34,566 bases of DNA, taken from contig CAZPZV010000003.1 of assembly GCA_964591185.1 (NCBI GenBank), forward strand, positions 9,164-43,729, in the 5' to 3' direction. Below are positions 1 through 9,639 of the stretch, piece by piece. This DNA is from an uncultured Candidatus Saccharibacteria bacterium. GTDB lineage: Bacteria; Patescibacteriota; Minisyncoccia; Minisyncoccales; PWPS01. Position 1 is the first letter of the stretch. Each line of letters starts with the position of its first letter. The translations under genes and the position numbers were made by a program. A model generated the notes under the pieces. The model was not told the origin of the DNA and did no database searches. It saw only the letters and a list, made by a program, of their open reading frames with translations.

Positions 1-235
1 GATTTCCCGCAGCAAAGAAGAAGACTATACCCGCCCAGCAGAAAAGAAGAGCAGCGATAACGGGAACGAATACCGTGGAAAGCCACTCGACAACCTCATT
101 AAAAATTTCCAATATATGGCAAGGCTGACAATCGTCCAGGTCATCTCCGGGGCCACAGACTCCACCAGCAAGATTAGCTGCAGAAGCCACTAAGGGAAAT
201 AAAAGCAAAAGCGTGATAATCGCTACTTTCTTCAT
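1..235 (-). CDS. Small secreted/membrane protein, T4SS-pilin-like (TrbC/VirB2-type); its 3' end is cut by the window edge
   Basis: My translation of the reverse strand from the ATG at 235 gives MKKVAIITLLLLFPLVASAANLAGGVCGPGDDLDDCQPCHILEIFNEVVEWLSTVFVPVIAALLFCWAGIVFFFAAGN... This has a signal peptide, a Cys pair and then a hydrophobic helix ending in AAGN, as in the small pilin-like proteins of Gram-positive and CPR genomes. It is absent from the ORF track because it is truncated. Confidence 0.45.
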   Translation of the reverse strand, partial: MKKVAIITLLLLFPLVASAANLAGGVCGPGDDLDDCQPCHILEIFNEVVEWLSTVFVPVIAALLFCWAGIVFFFAAGN

Positions 236-279
236 TGTTAACCATTATAGCTTATTTCGTATGAAATTAAAATAGTTGA

Positions 280-308
280 GCCCCGTACTTTGTCTGTACG
301 GGGCTTTT
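280..308. terminator. GC-rich hairpin between two minus-strand genes (intrinsic terminator or insulator)
   Basis: A 9-bp perfect stem GCCCCGTAC/GTACGGGGC (280-288 / 296-304) encloses a 7-nt loop. TTTT follows on the + strand. On the - strand, AAAA precedes the hairpin and a displaced T-rich run follows it. The hairpin starts 3 nt past the stop of the 311..487 gene. Confidence 0.5.
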
Positions 309-310
309 CG

Positions 311-487
311 CTACTTTGTGGACCAATTCTTTGGAACTTTAAATACAACAGTACACTCGGAGCAGGAGTATTCTACTGTTTCTGGTAACCCTCCAAGACT
401 GCCCTTTCTTTTAACATCGTAATCCTTGCTCCCACAGATGCGACAACAGAAGTTCTCGTATTTTGGCAGTTCCACTGTTTTAGACAT
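311..487 (-). CDS. Small zinc-ribbon protein (58 aa), function unknown
   Basis: Two CxxC pairs are present (CRIC and CSEC). I prefer the start at the second ATG (MSKTVELP...) because AGGAGGTGA lies 5 nt upstream of it. The track's first ATG at 505 lies inside that Shine-Dalgarno sequence. Confidence 0.6.
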   Translation of the reverse strand: MSKTVELPKYENFCCRICGSKDYDVKRKGSLGGLPETVEYSCSECTVVFKVPKNWSTK

Positions 488-531
488 AAGATCACCTCCT
501 TTCATCTTATATTAAAAAGAGCACTCTTTAG

Positions 532-605
532 TGCTCCCCCCAGGATTCGAACCCGGAGCCTCCTGGTCCGAAGCCAGGCGCTCTATCCGATTGAGCTAAG
601 GGAGC
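532..605 (-). tRNA. tRNA-Arg (anticodon UCG)
   Basis: I folded the cloverleaf by hand: acceptor GCTCCCT/GGGGAGC, D arm GCTC..GAGC, anticodon arm CCTGG-CTTCGGA-CCAGG, T arm CCGGG-TTCGAAT-CCTGG, discriminator A. The length is 74 nt and no CCA is encoded. Confidence 0.9.
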
Positions 606-615
606 TTTTCACTCT

Positions 616-644
616 ATTTTACCCTTAAAATTTGAATAAAACAA
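616..644 (-). promoter_or_regulatory. Putative sigma70-type promoter for tRNA-Arg (and possibly the downstream zinc-ribbon gene)
   Basis: Read on the minus strand it is TTGTTT-N17-TAAAAT, with the -10 box ending 10 nt before the tRNA 5' end. It overlaps the divergent cca promoter. Confidence 0.35.
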
Positions 645-660
645 GGATTAGAGTTAGAAT
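632..660 (+). promoter_or_regulatory. Putative promoter of cca (leaderless configuration)
   Basis: TTGAAT (632-637), a 17-nt spacer, then TAGAAT (655-660). The cca ATG at 667 begins 7 nt after the -10 box. Confidence 0.45.
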
Positions 661-666
661 AAGAGG

Positions 667-2109
667 ATGGAATTACCAAAAGAAATAGAAAAAATCATCA
701 AAAAGTTGGAAGAAGAAGGATTTCAAGGATACGCTGTCGGTGGTTGTGTGCGTGATATTGTCCGTGAAATGAAGCCGAAGGATTTTGACCTTACAACCAA
801 CGCTTCTCCGGAACAGATACAGAAGATTTTTAAGAAGAGCTATACTAACAATGACTTTGGAACGGTTACACTACTCATTGATTCAGAAGAGATAAGGACG
901 GTAGAGATTACTCCTTACCGTACAGAGAAAGGATACAAAGACAAGAGACATCCGGACGAGGTAAGGTGGGCGGAAAGCATAGAAGAGGATCTACAAAGAA
1001 GAGACTTTACTATGAATGCCATGGCCTTGCACTACTCTGGGGAGCTGATAGACCCTCACAAGGGAAGAGAGGATATAAAAAAGAAACTTGTGAGAGCGGT
1101 AGGTAATGCGGAAGAAAGAATATCCGAGGATGCGTTGCGCATGATGCGTGCGGTAAGATTTTCTTCCGTACTGGGTTTTTCCTTGGAAGAGAAAACAAAA
1201 AAAGCGATTGAAAAGAACGCACACTATTTACAAAACATATCCGAGGAGAGGATAAGGGATGAGTTTGTAAAGATAGTTATGTCGGACAAGGCAATGGAGG
1301 GAGTAGAGATGCTCAGAGAAACGGGGCTGTTAGGACAGTTTTTGCCGGAGATACTTGAAGGGTACAAAGTAGACCAGGCGAAGCATCATATATATGACTG
1401 TTACGAGCACTCTGTAAAGTCTTTGGAGTATGCGGCGAAAAAGAAGTTTAGTATGCAGGTGCGTATGGCAGCACTTTTACATGACGTAGGTAAACCGCGC
1501 GTAAAGATGGGTGAAGGAGAAGATGCTACTTTCCACAATCACGAAGTGGTGGGAGCAAAGATGACAGAAAAGATACTGAGAAGGTTGAAATTCAAGAAAG
1601 AAGATGTAAAAAAGATTACCAAACTGGTACGCTACCATCTTTTCTATTATAATGTCGGAGAAGTGTCGGAGTCTTCTGTGAGAAGATTGTTGCGAAAGGT
1701 AGGCAAAGAAGACATAGAAGCGCTTTTACAGGTGCGTATGGCTGACCGTATCGGATCGGGAGTTCCCAAGGCGGAGCCTTACCGCTTGCGACACCTGCGT
1801 TATCTTTTGGAAAAAGTGTCTCTTCATCCTATAGATGTAAGCATGTTAGCAGTGAAGGGTGACAAGGTGATGGAGATGACAGGAGCGTCTCCCGGTCCTT
1901 TTGTGGGGGACATTCTTTCCGTACTTTTGGCAGAAGTTATTTCCGATCCTCAAAAAAATACAGAAGAGTATCTTACAGAAAAAGTAAGAGAGCTAGAGAA
2001 GCTAAGCAGGGAAGAGTTGCGTGAAAAAGCAAAAGAAGCGAAAAAGGAAATAGAGAGTTTTGAAACAAAGAGAGACGAGATGACCAAAAAAAAGTACTGG
2101 GTTAGCTAG
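667..2109 (+). CDS. cca: CCA-adding tRNA nucleotidyltransferase (class II NTase head plus HD domain) with a K/E-rich C-terminal coiled-coil tail
   Basis: Contains GGCVRD, DFDLTT and RRDFTMNA head-domain motifs and an HD-domain stretch LLHDVGKP. The length is 480 aa. Confidence 0.9.
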   Translation: MELPKEIEKIIKKLEEEGFQGYAVGGCVRDIVREMKPKDFDLTTNASPEQIQKIFKKSYTNNDFGTVTLLIDSEEIRTVEITPYRTEKGYKDKRHPDEVRWAESIEEDLQRRDFTMNAMALHYSGELIDPHKGREDIKKKLVRAVGNAEERISEDALRMMRAVRFSSVLGFSLEEKTKKAIEKNAHYLQNISEERIRDEFVKIVMSDKAMEGVEMLRETGLLGQFLPEILEGYKVDQAKHHIYDCYEHSVKSLEYAAKKKFSMQVRMAALLHDVGKPRVKMGEGEDATFHNHEVVGAKMTEKILRRLKFKKEDVKKITKLVRYHLFYYNVGEVSESSVRRLLRKVGKEDIEALLQVRMADRIGSGVPKAEPYRLRHLRYLLEKVSLHPIDVSMLAVKGDKVMEMTGASPGPFVGDILSVLLAEVISDPQKNTEEYLTEKVRELEKLSREELREKAKEAKKEIESFETKRDEMTKKKYWVS

Positions 2110-2110
2110 A

Positions 2111-2182
2111 CGGGATATGGTGTTAATGGCAGCACGCGGCCTTCGGGAGGCCGTAGTCTCGGTTCAAATCCGGGTATCCCGA
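2111..2182 (+). tRNA. tRNA-Pro (anticodon CGG)
   Basis: Acceptor CGGGATA/TATCCCG with the C1:G72 pair typical of bacterial tRNA-Pro. Anticodon arm CGGCC-TTCGGGA-GGCCG, T arm CTCGG-TTCAAAT-CCGGG. The length is 72 nt, it starts 2 nt after the cca stop, and no CCA is encoded. Confidence 0.9.
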
Positions 2183-2188
2183 AAAGAG

Positions 2189-2262
2189 GGGCCGATAGCT
2201 CAGATGGCCAGAGCGCCGCATTCGCATTGCGGAGGTCGCGGGTTCAACTCCCGCTCGGTCCA
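2189..2262 (+). tRNA. tRNA-Ala (anticodon CGC)
   Basis: Acceptor GGGCCGA/TCGGTCC carries the G3:U70 alanine identity pair. Anticodon arm CCGCA-TTCGCAT-TGCGG, T arm GCGGG-TTCAACT-CCCGC. The length is 74 nt and no CCA is encoded. Confidence 0.9.
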
Positions 2263-2273
2263 CAAGTAATTTT

Positions 2274-2609
2274 CTAGTTGTTTTTAAATATATCAAAACC
2301 CACAGCTTTCTCTGCTAACATCTTTATTTTATCCTCACTAGCTTTTCCCTTTACATGAAGAGAAGGTATGAGAAGTATGGTGGGTAGTGTTTTTGAAGAG
2401 ATGATTTTTTTCTCTTCTTCAGTTATATCAACAAGCAAATCTTCAACTATTAAAATAACTGCATATTTCTCCTTTTTAAGTTCTTTTACTTTTTCTAGCG
2501 TGTCTTCTTTTCTTCTTGCAGCAAAGCAGTCAATATCGAAAGCCTTAAAAATAGAGACGAGATCGTACGGCCCTATCGCGGCTATTTTGTATGTGTTTTC
2601 GTTAGACAT
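2274..2609 (-). CDS. atpF: A/V-type ATPase subunit F
   Basis: A 111-aa protein whose N-terminus KIAAIGPYDLVSIFKAFDIDCF resembles subunit F. It is the last gene of the H-I-K-E-C-F block and overlaps the subunit C gene by 8 nt. Confidence 0.75.
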   Translation of the reverse strand: MSNENTYKIAAIGPYDLVSIFKAFDIDCFAARRKEDTLEKVKELKKEKYAVILIVEDLLVDITEEEKKIISSKTLPTILLIPSLHVKGKASEDKIKMLAEKAVGFDIFKNN

Positions 2610-3573
2610 AAAGTCTTCTTAATATTTTTCTTAAGTCATACTCGGACATGCCTGTTCTTTTTGCCACAAGTATAATCCTTACTATCTGCACGTTGTTTTT
2701 TACTCCTTGAAAGTACGAAAAAAGAGGAGCGATAGAAAAAGCATTGTAGCTACTTTCTTTTATAAACTGAGTAATGTGTTCGTCGCATCTTTTTTCTATC
2801 ATTCGAAGACTTCCCGTTTCCTTGTATTCATCAGCACACTCCTTGCAAGCACTCTCTCCCCCTATACAAGAAAATTTCTTTAAAAGCTCTTCTTTGTTTT
2901 CAGTGGCCTCTCTCTTAAAGCTTCCTCCAGAAATAAAGATGGGGTAAGGAGGTTCGTTTTCCTTTCCGTAAGAAAGAGCCCTTAGATTAGCTCTGACATT
3001 GAAAAGATCAATAATAAGAGAAATGTATTTTTTAACAAACTGGTCTGAATTATTTTCTGCAATCTCTTTTACTGCACGGAAATAGTTTATATTCATTGCT
3101 CTACCTATATCAGAAACTTCTTTGTAGTTTTTTGCCTCTTTTGCTGCGTGTAAAAGATGAACGTTTGTGTCTATCATCTTTCCTTCAGTGTATTTTTTTA
3201 CAAGAAGCTGTGGGGGATATTTTCCTGACTTAAAGCACATCTTTTCTATCTCTTCTTCAGGAATACTTTTCATTGTGCTCTTTATTATCGCACCAAGATT
3301 ATAAAAGTCGTACTTTAACCACAAGACATCTAAAAGATGTGGTTTGGGAGCGATAGAGATGAGTGTTTTTTTAGCATCTTCTACAACGCTTTCCAGAATA
3401 TAGGGAAGGTTTTGTGGAGTTTGTTTTGTTATGTAGTTATAAAAAAAGGTTTGATGAAGATTTTTGTAAGCCTCTTCAAAAGATTTTGCACTCAAAAGCA
3501 TCTCCAGCTCATTTTCGCTGAGAAGTTTGTTTTGTAGCGCTTTTGCTCGTGGTCCGGCGTATGTGTATGTCAT
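2602..3573 (-). CDS. atpC: A/V-type ATPase subunit C (eukaryotic d-like)
   Basis: Its size (about 323 aa) and position between E and F fit the AC39-type subunit. I prefer the ATG at 3573 (MTYTYAGPRAKAL...), which follows the subunit E stop by 1 nt. The track start at 3603 is a TTG lying 29 nt inside atpE. Confidence 0.75.
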   Translation of the reverse strand: MTYTYAGPRAKALQNKLLSENELEMLLSAKSFEEAYKNLHQTFFYNYITKQTPQNLPYILESVVEDAKKTLISIAPKPHLLDVLWLKYDFYNLGAIIKSTMKSIPEEEIEKMCFKSGKYPPQLLVKKYTEGKMIDTNVHLLHAAKEAKNYKEVSDIGRAMNINYFRAVKEIAENNSDQFVKKYISLIIDLFNVRANLRALSYGKENEPPYPIFISGGSFKREATENKEELLKKFSCIGGESACKECADEYKETGSLRMIEKRCDEHITQFIKESSYNAFSIAPLFSYFQGVKNNVQIVRIILVAKRTGMSEYDLRKILRRLYV

Positions 3574-3574
3574 G

Positions 3575-4141
3575 CTATGAAAAAAGTTTTTTGGAAACCT
3601 CAACTTCCAGATCTTCTTGTATTGCGGACATTAATGATTCAAATGATAAATCGTGATGCATTGAATCGTCGAAGAGTATAAAACCTCCGCAGATGTCATC
3701 AGTTTCCTTTACAGAAACGGGGAGTGCTATGTCTTTTATAATCCTCTCCGAGACTTCTTTTCTTTTTTTAGGAACAAGACACTCACCTTTAAACTCTCTG
3801 TCTATATTCTTTTCCAAGAAGCTTTTCATTAAAGAGTAATACTCATCATCTGTAATGTTTTTTAGCTGGTTTAGCGTTTCACAAAAAACTTTATCTACAA
3901 ACTCTCTTTTTATCTTTTCTTTTTCTTCACGGAAAAATCTGTTTAGCTTTGAGATGTTTTTCTCTTTTTCTTTTCTTTTCATCTCCCCTAAAGAAGAGTG
4001 ATGCTCTTCTTTAATTCTCTTTATTTTTTCTTCATAACTTTTCTTTAATGAACTTACTTCATCATCTCTTTCTCTTAAAATATCTTTTATTTTAAGCTGT
4101 GCATCGCTCTCTATTTTTTCTAACAGATCTTCTTTTGACAT
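3575..4141 (-). CDS. atpE: A/V-type ATPase subunit E (peripheral stalk)
   Basis: 188 aa, with a long K/E-rich N-terminal helix and a globular C-terminus. It occupies the expected position in the operon. Confidence 0.8.
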   Translation of the reverse strand: MSKEDLLEKIESDAQLKIKDILRERDDEVSSLKKSYEEKIKRIKEEHHSSLGEMKRKEKEKNISKLNRFFREEKEKIKREFVDKVFCETLNQLKNITDDEYYSLMKSFLEKNIDREFKGECLVPKKRKEVSERIIKDIALPVSVKETDDICGGFILFDDSMHHDLSFESLMSAIQEDLEVEVSKKLFS

Positions 4142-4145
4142 AGTT

Positions 4146-4628
<483 letters not shown>

Positions 4629-4683
4629 TTATATTTTTAATTTGTAATTAATATAATTCACGAACATATCGTGAATTTGTCAC

Positions 4684-6579
4684 TTACTCCTTTTTCAAAG
4701 AAGAGTTTAGTTCTTTTCTAAAAAAGGGTTTAAATTGACGGCTGTTACCACCGACAAACTTACCAAAAAATTCAACAAACTGCAAGCGTGCCGTATGAAT
4801 GAAAGCGGCAAGAATATTTACCGCTAAATTAAAGAAGTGACCAACAAGAAGAATTAGGGCGAAAAGAAGCCAACCAACGTAAGGAACACCATAGGCCATT
4901 CCGGCGATAAGGTTTACAGAAAAAGCCAGTGCACTTGTGGCAAGACCCAGAGCGAGAAGTCTTGAGTAAGAAAGGACATCGGAAAGATATCCGACAAAGT
5001 TGTACAGATTTAAAACTCCGCTAAATGCTCTAGAGAAAACACCTCCTTTGCTTTTTACTGCTCCAGCAACAACTATAGTTATGAGAGAGGCGTAAACAAA
5101 AATCTCTCCTATCTGATGCACGAAACCCCAAACAAATATGGAAGCAAAAAGCATCAGCCAAGGAATGTTTTCTACTGCTCCGGAAAAAAGTTCCCCGTTT
5201 TTGTAGTCTCTTATTATAGAGAGAATTAATCCGGTTATTATCTGTATTACCCCCAAAGAAAGAGCCATATAAAAAACGGGTAGAGGAGATTCTATAGGAT
5301 CAAAGTACTGTAATCTTTGCAGAAAAGCAGGAAGAAAAGAAGGGTCTATTCCAAAATATCCGCCAAATATTATTCCCGCGATCATTGAAGACGCTCCTCC
5401 TGCAGCAAGAAGCTTCATAAAAGAAGCCATGTCTTTGTTTACATTGTAAAAAAACAAAGCACTCAAGGTAAAAAGAAGGAGAAGAAATCCATATCCCACA
5501 TCAGAAAGACAGATTCCGAAAAAAACAAAAAAGAAACCAGCAAGAAAAGGAGTAGGGTCAAGATCTTTTTCACGAGGAAGACCGTAAAGTCTGGTTACCA
5601 CTTCAAAAGGCCTTAGAGCAGATTTGTTTTCTATTTCTACAGGAGGATCTTCTTCTGTTTCTATTTCTTCAAGAAAGAAAAGATCTGTTTTCGTGGATAT
5701 TTCTTCACGAAGAAGAGGAATCGCTTTCTGCAAACACCATCCTTCAAAGACGATGCTTTCCTTTGTTCCATAAGATGTATGGATTATGTTATATCTCTCT
5801 TTTTTCCATCTTATATAATCACTAATCACTCTTAATTTCGGGAGATAAAGAAGAAGAGATTTCGCTGTTTCGTGCAGTTCTTTTAATCGTGCAGCCAGAC
5901 TTTCTTCTTCTTTGCTTATTTTACTGTGCTCATTTGCGGGAGTATCTTCTTTTTTGGGGAGCTCAACCTCTGTTAGCTTAAATTTGCTTATTGCTTTTTT
6001 TACTTCCTGCTCATCTTTTTTCGCGAAAGTAAACATGAAATGATCTTCTGATGCTTCCGATATATTGTGGCAAGTATTTTTTACACTCTCTTGAAAATCT
6101 TCTACTGATCCTTTTAAAAACAAAGTTTTAGTTGTTTCCGTTTCTAGGGGAGAAGAAAGTTTTATGTCTAGATTAGTCCACGGTTCCAACACTCTCTTTT
6201 CTTCTTGCAGGTCTTCAATTCTTGCCTTTGTTTTGTTTATCTTTTCTATAACTCCATGAGTCTTGTTTAGTGATTTTTCATAATTAAACTCTTCTGCTAT
6301 TCCAGTCATCTCTTTTTCTGTGGTGATTGTTTTTTCATCTTCCAGCACTCCCTTTAAAAAGGATGATTTTTCATATGTGGAAAGAAAGGAAACAGCATGG
6401 TCAAGGCGACTTGAAATGTAGTTCAATTCAAAGTCTGTTTTTTCTCTTTTTTGAAGAACTTTTTCAGCAGAAATTTCGGAAAGTTCTACAACTCCCATTT
6501 TTTGCACAATCTCTGTTATCTCTTCTGCAGAGCTTTGGTGCAGTATGATTCTTATCTTTTTTATCTTAAGAACTGCCAT
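4684..6579 (-). CDS. atpI: A/V-type ATPase subunit I (a-subunit, stator/ion channel)
   Basis: 631 aa: a soluble N-terminal half followed by a polytopic C-terminal half that carries the conserved Arg in HTARLQFVEFFGKF. Confidence 0.9.
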   Translation of the reverse strand: MAVLKIKKIRIILHQSSAEEITEIVQKMGVVELSEISAEKVLQKREKTDFELNYISSRLDHAVSFLSTYEKSSFLKGVLEDEKTITTEKEMTGIAEEFNYEKSLNKTHGVIEKINKTKARIEDLQEEKRVLEPWTNLDIKLSSPLETETTKTLFLKGSVEDFQESVKNTCHNISEASEDHFMFTFAKKDEQEVKKAISKFKLTEVELPKKEDTPANEHSKISKEEESLAARLKELHETAKSLLLYLPKLRVISDYIRWKKERYNIIHTSYGTKESIVFEGWCLQKAIPLLREEISTKTDLFFLEEIETEEDPPVEIENKSALRPFEVVTRLYGLPREKDLDPTPFLAGFFFVFFGICLSDVGYGFLLLLFTLSALFFYNVNKDMASFMKLLAAGGASSMIAGIIFGGYFGIDPSFLPAFLQRLQYFDPIESPLPVFYMALSLGVIQIITGLILSIIRDYKNGELFSGAVENIPWLMLFASIFVWGFVHQIGEIFVYASLITIVVAGAVKSKGGVFSRAFSGVLNLYNFVGYLSDVLSYSRLLALGLATSALAFSVNLIAGMAYGVPYVGWLLFALILLVGHFFNLAVNILAAFIHTARLQFVEFFGKFVGGNSRQFKPFFRKELNSSLKKE

Positions 6580-6889
6580 GAAGTTTTTCTTTTGCTTTTT
6601 TTACAACAAGCTGAACAATCTCTTCTTCTTTATTCTCCATCTCTTTTTTAAGTTTATCAATATCTTTCTCTTCTTCTTTTCTTTTTTCTTCATGCAACTT
6701 CTCCATCTCTTTTCTGTGCTTCTCCATCTCGCTTTCTTTTTTTAGGGAGAGATCCTTTTTCAACTTTTCAACTTCTTTTTCATGCTTTATTATCTCTCTT
6801 TCTACAAAGTTTTGCGCCTCAGTTTTAGACTTCTCTATCTCTGCTGCTGCCGCTTCTTCCTTTTTTTGTATATCTTCAATTATAGACAT
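6566..6889 (-). CDS. A/V-type ATPase small coiled-coil stalk subunit (archaeal H / bacterial G-type)
   Basis: A 107-aa, almost purely K/E-rich helix. It is the first gene of the block, directly upstream of subunit I and overlapping it by 14 nt, as in archaeal atpHIKECF operons. Confidence 0.6.
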   Translation of the reverse strand: MSIIEDIQKKEEAAAAEIEKSKTEAQNFVEREIIKHEKEVEKLKKDLSLKKESEMEKHRKEMEKLHEEKRKEEEKDIDKLKKEMENKEEEIVQLVVKKAKEKLHGSS

Positions 6890-6929
6890 TTTTTGCTTTT
6901 TTTATTTTTTTAATTACAATTCGTAGTTG

Positions 6930-7625
6930 ATGACAGAGCATAAAAAAACAGTAGTTATTTCCGTTGGCGGTTCTTTAATATTTCCTGATGACAACATAGA
7001 TGCTTCTTTTTTGCTCTCCATTAAAGATTTCTTAATAAATCACAGCGACGTTTTTAACTTTTTTATAGTCTGTGGCGGAGGAAAGATATGCAGGAAGTAT
7101 CAACACTCTGCAAAAGAGGTGGCTGATACGAAAGAAGAAGACCTTGACCATCTGGGCATTCGGGTAACTCACTTGAATGCTTTTTTAATGACCACTATTT
7201 TAGGTGATCATTGTCGTAAAGAAGTTGCCACCAACTACAATAATCTTCCTTCTTTTGATAAAAAACCGATTATAGTCAGTGGTGGATGGAAGCCCGGCTT
7301 TAGCACAGATACAGGTGCTGTTATGGCGGCCAAGTTTTTTAAAACAAACAGGGTTGTTAATCTAAGTAATATAGATTTCGTCTATACCGCTGATCCGAAA
7401 AAAGAAAAACAAGCAAAACCGATAAAAAAGATAAGCTGGGAAAAGTACAGGAAGATGATACCAGGCGCCTGGACTCATGGACTAAACACCCCCTTTGATC
7501 CTATTGCTTCTAAAAAAGCAGAAGAAAACAATGTAGAGGTATCTATCATAAACGGAAAAAATCTCCCCGAACTTGAAAAATACTTAACGGACAAGCCTTT
7601 TAAAGGAACTCTTATCAAAAACTAA
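6930..7625 (+). CDS. pyrH: Uridylate (UMP) kinase, archaeal-type amino-acid-kinase family
   Basis: VVISVGGSLIF, IVCGGGKICRKY and DHLGIRVTHLNAFL match the short archaeal-type UMP kinase pattern rather than the roughly 240-aa bacterial PyrH. I prefer the ATG at 6930; the track start at 6927 is a TTG. Confidence 0.7.
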   Translation: MTEHKKTVVISVGGSLIFPDDNIDASFLLSIKDFLINHSDVFNFFIVCGGGKICRKYQHSAKEVADTKEEDLDHLGIRVTHLNAFLMTTILGDHCRKEVATNYNNLPSFDKKPIIVSGGWKPGFSTDTGAVMAAKFFKTNRVVNLSNIDFVYTADPKKEKQAKPIKKISWEKYRKMIPGAWTHGLNTPFDPIASKKAEENNVEVSIINGKNLPELEKYLTDKPFKGTLIKN

Positions 7626-8257
7626 ACTCTTTCTGCTCTTTCTTTTTCTATAATCATCGCCTTAACGCGCATTGTATTTACTACGGCGTCTCTTGACTGT
7701 TCTTCTAATCGTTGATTTATAAAATGAATTGATTTTTCAATCTCCGGTATTTTTATATGCTCCAAGGCGTTTGTTCTCCTCCTTGTTTTTTCTATCTCTT
7801 CGGCCAGATTCTCCAGTGTTTTTTCCAGCTCTGCCAGTTCTATAAGATCGGGAAGAATCTCTTCCATTTTTGATATAGCGTTGTCCAGCTCTCCGCTTGT
7901 TCCCATCATGCCGTAAGAAAAACCTTTTCTTTCCATTGAAAGAGAAAACTTAGGAATAGGAACAGACATTACTGCCTTTTTTTTCACATCTATATCCACC
8001 CTTGTTTTAGGGATAAGAAAAGCGATGTCATGCACCTTACGTGCAATTGAAGCCGAAGCTCCTACATAAGAAGTAAACGCTTGCGGAAGGTCTTTGTTTA
8101 TCTTTTCTCTTTTTTCACGCGTCTTGTAAACGACATCCATAAATGTTTGCACAAGTCCGTCCCGTTTATCTTTTAAAAGCCTGTATCCTTTCCGGGCAAC
8201 CTTTAACTCTTTTTTAAGATTTAAAAGATTTACTCTTGTAGGGCTTACTCTTTTCAT
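7622..8257 (-). CDS. atpD: A/V-type ATPase subunit D (central stalk)
   Basis: [35 protein letters not shown] is a classic subunit D N-terminus. An ATGA overlap links it to the subunit B stop. Confidence 0.9.
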   Translation of the reverse strand: MKRVSPTRVNLLNLKKELKVARKGYRLLKDKRDGLVQTFMDVVYKTREKREKINKDLPQAFTSYVGASASIARKVHDIAFLIPKTRVDIDVKKKAVMSVPIPKFSLSMERKGFSYGMMGTSGELDNAISKMEEILPDLIELAELEKTLENLAEEIEKTRRRTNALEHIKIPEIEKSIHFINQRLEEQSRDAVVNTMRVKAMIIEKERAERV

Positions 8258-9639
8258 TTTAGGTGTTTTTCTATTATTTCCGGCTTTATGCGCTTCAAGC
8301 TTTCCCTAGGAACAAGTTTTAAAAGCTCCCACCCTATATCCAAAGACTCTTCAATGCTTCTGTTTTCAAGGTCTCCTTGATTAAGAAACTTCTTTTCAAA
8401 TGCTTCGGTAAAAGCTATGTGGGCTTTGTCGCTCTCTGATAAAGAAGCTTCTCCTAGAACCACGGCAAGTTCTCTTGCCTCTTTTCCTATAGCGTAAGAC
8501 GCGGAGAGTTGGTCTTTTAGTCCTGCATGATCTTCTCTTGTTTTTCCTTCTCCTACTCCCGCAGCCCAGAGGCGTGAGAGAGATCCTTGAATGTCCACAG
8601 GAGGAAAGATACCTTTTGTGTAAAGCTCTTTGGAGACCATGAACTGTCCTTCGGTGATGTATCCTGTAAGGTCGGGAATGGGGTGCGTTTTATCATCATC
8701 AGGCATAGAGAGGATGGGTAGTTGGGTGATTGTTCCTTTTTTGTTTTTTATCTTTCCTGCTCTTTCATAAAGAGAAGAAAGGTCTGTGTACATGTATCCA
8801 GGATAACCTCTTCTTCCGGGAACCTCTTTTCTTGCAGAAGATATTTCTCGCAAAGCTTCACAGTAGTTTGTTATGTCGATAAGGATAACTAGCACGTGCA
8901 TATCTTTTTCAAAAGCAAGAAACTCTGCTGTGGTGAGAGCAAGTCTTGGAGTGGTGATTCTTTCAATTACCGGATCTGCAGCCGTGTTTAAAAAAAGCAC
9001 AGATCTCTCTAGTGCTCCTGTTTTTTCAAACTCCTTGCGGAAAAACTCTGCTTCGTCAAAAGTTACTCCCATGGTGGCAAAAACTATGGCAAAGTCTTCT
9101 TTTTCTCCTTCCCTGGAAAGAACTGTTGCCTGTCTTGCTATCTGTGCGGCTAGTTTTCCATGAGGAAGTCCGGAAGAAGAAAAGATAGGAAGTTTCTGGC
9201 CTCTAACCAGTGTATTCATTACATCAATAGAAGAAATTCCTGTTTGAATAAAGTCATTAGGATACTCTCTACTCCAAGGATTCATAGGACTTCCTTGTAT
9301 GTTTTCTCTTTTTTCGGGAACTATCTTTGGTCCTTTATCTAAAACATTACCTCCTCCGGAAAAAACTCTTCCAAGCATATTAGAAGAGAGGTTTATCTTT
9401 TCCACTTCTCCCTTGAATCTTACACGAGAATCTTTTATCTTTGATCCTGCCGTAGGATCAAACATCTGCACAACAGCCCTGTCTTCATGAGCATCAAGAA
9501 CTTTTCCCATTCTTGGCTTATCTTCTCCGGGGATTTTTACTTCTACCAACTCTTCGTAACTCACTCCGGAAACGCCGGAGACTATTATTAGCGGTCCGTT
9601 TATCTCTTCTATTGTTTTATACTCTTTGTAGCTTGTCAT
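8254..9639 (-). CDS. atpB: A/V-type ATPase subunit B (non-catalytic)
   Basis: 461 aa with typical B-subunit blocks ([18 protein letters not shown]). An ATGA overlap links it to subunit A. Confidence 0.95.
   Translation of the reverse strand: MTSYKEYKTIEEINGPLIIVSGVSGVSYEELVEVKIPGEDKPRMGKVLDAHEDRAVVQMFDPTAGSKIKDSRVRFKGEVEKINLSSNMLGRVFSGGGNVLDKGPKIVPEKRENIQGSPMNPWSREYPNDFIQTGISSIDVMNTLVRGQKLPIFSSSGLPHGKLAAQIARQATVLSREGEKEDFAIVFATMGVTFDEAEFFRKEFEKTGALERSVLFLNTAADPVIERITTPRLALTTAEFLAFEKDMHVLVILIDITNYCEALREISSARKEVPGRRGYPGYMYTDLSSLYERAGKIKNKKGTITQLPILSMPDDDKTHPIPDLTGYITEGQFMVSKELYTKGIFPPVDIQGSLSRLWAAGVGEGKTREDHAGLKDQLSASYAIGKEARELAVVLGEASLSESDKAHIAFTEAFEKKFLNQGDLENRSIEESLDIGWELLKLVPRESLKRIKPEIIEKHLK

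Noticed and set aside
6590-6890. A polypurine/polypyrimidine-rich stretch with many ttctt/cttttt repeats, plus plus-strand ORFs 6327..6745. I considered it as a possible tandem repeat or CRISPR-like array.
   Set aside because: There is no fixed period and no repeat-spacer structure. The stretch is simply the reverse complement of the K/E-rich coiled-coil coding sequence of the ATPase stalk subunit.
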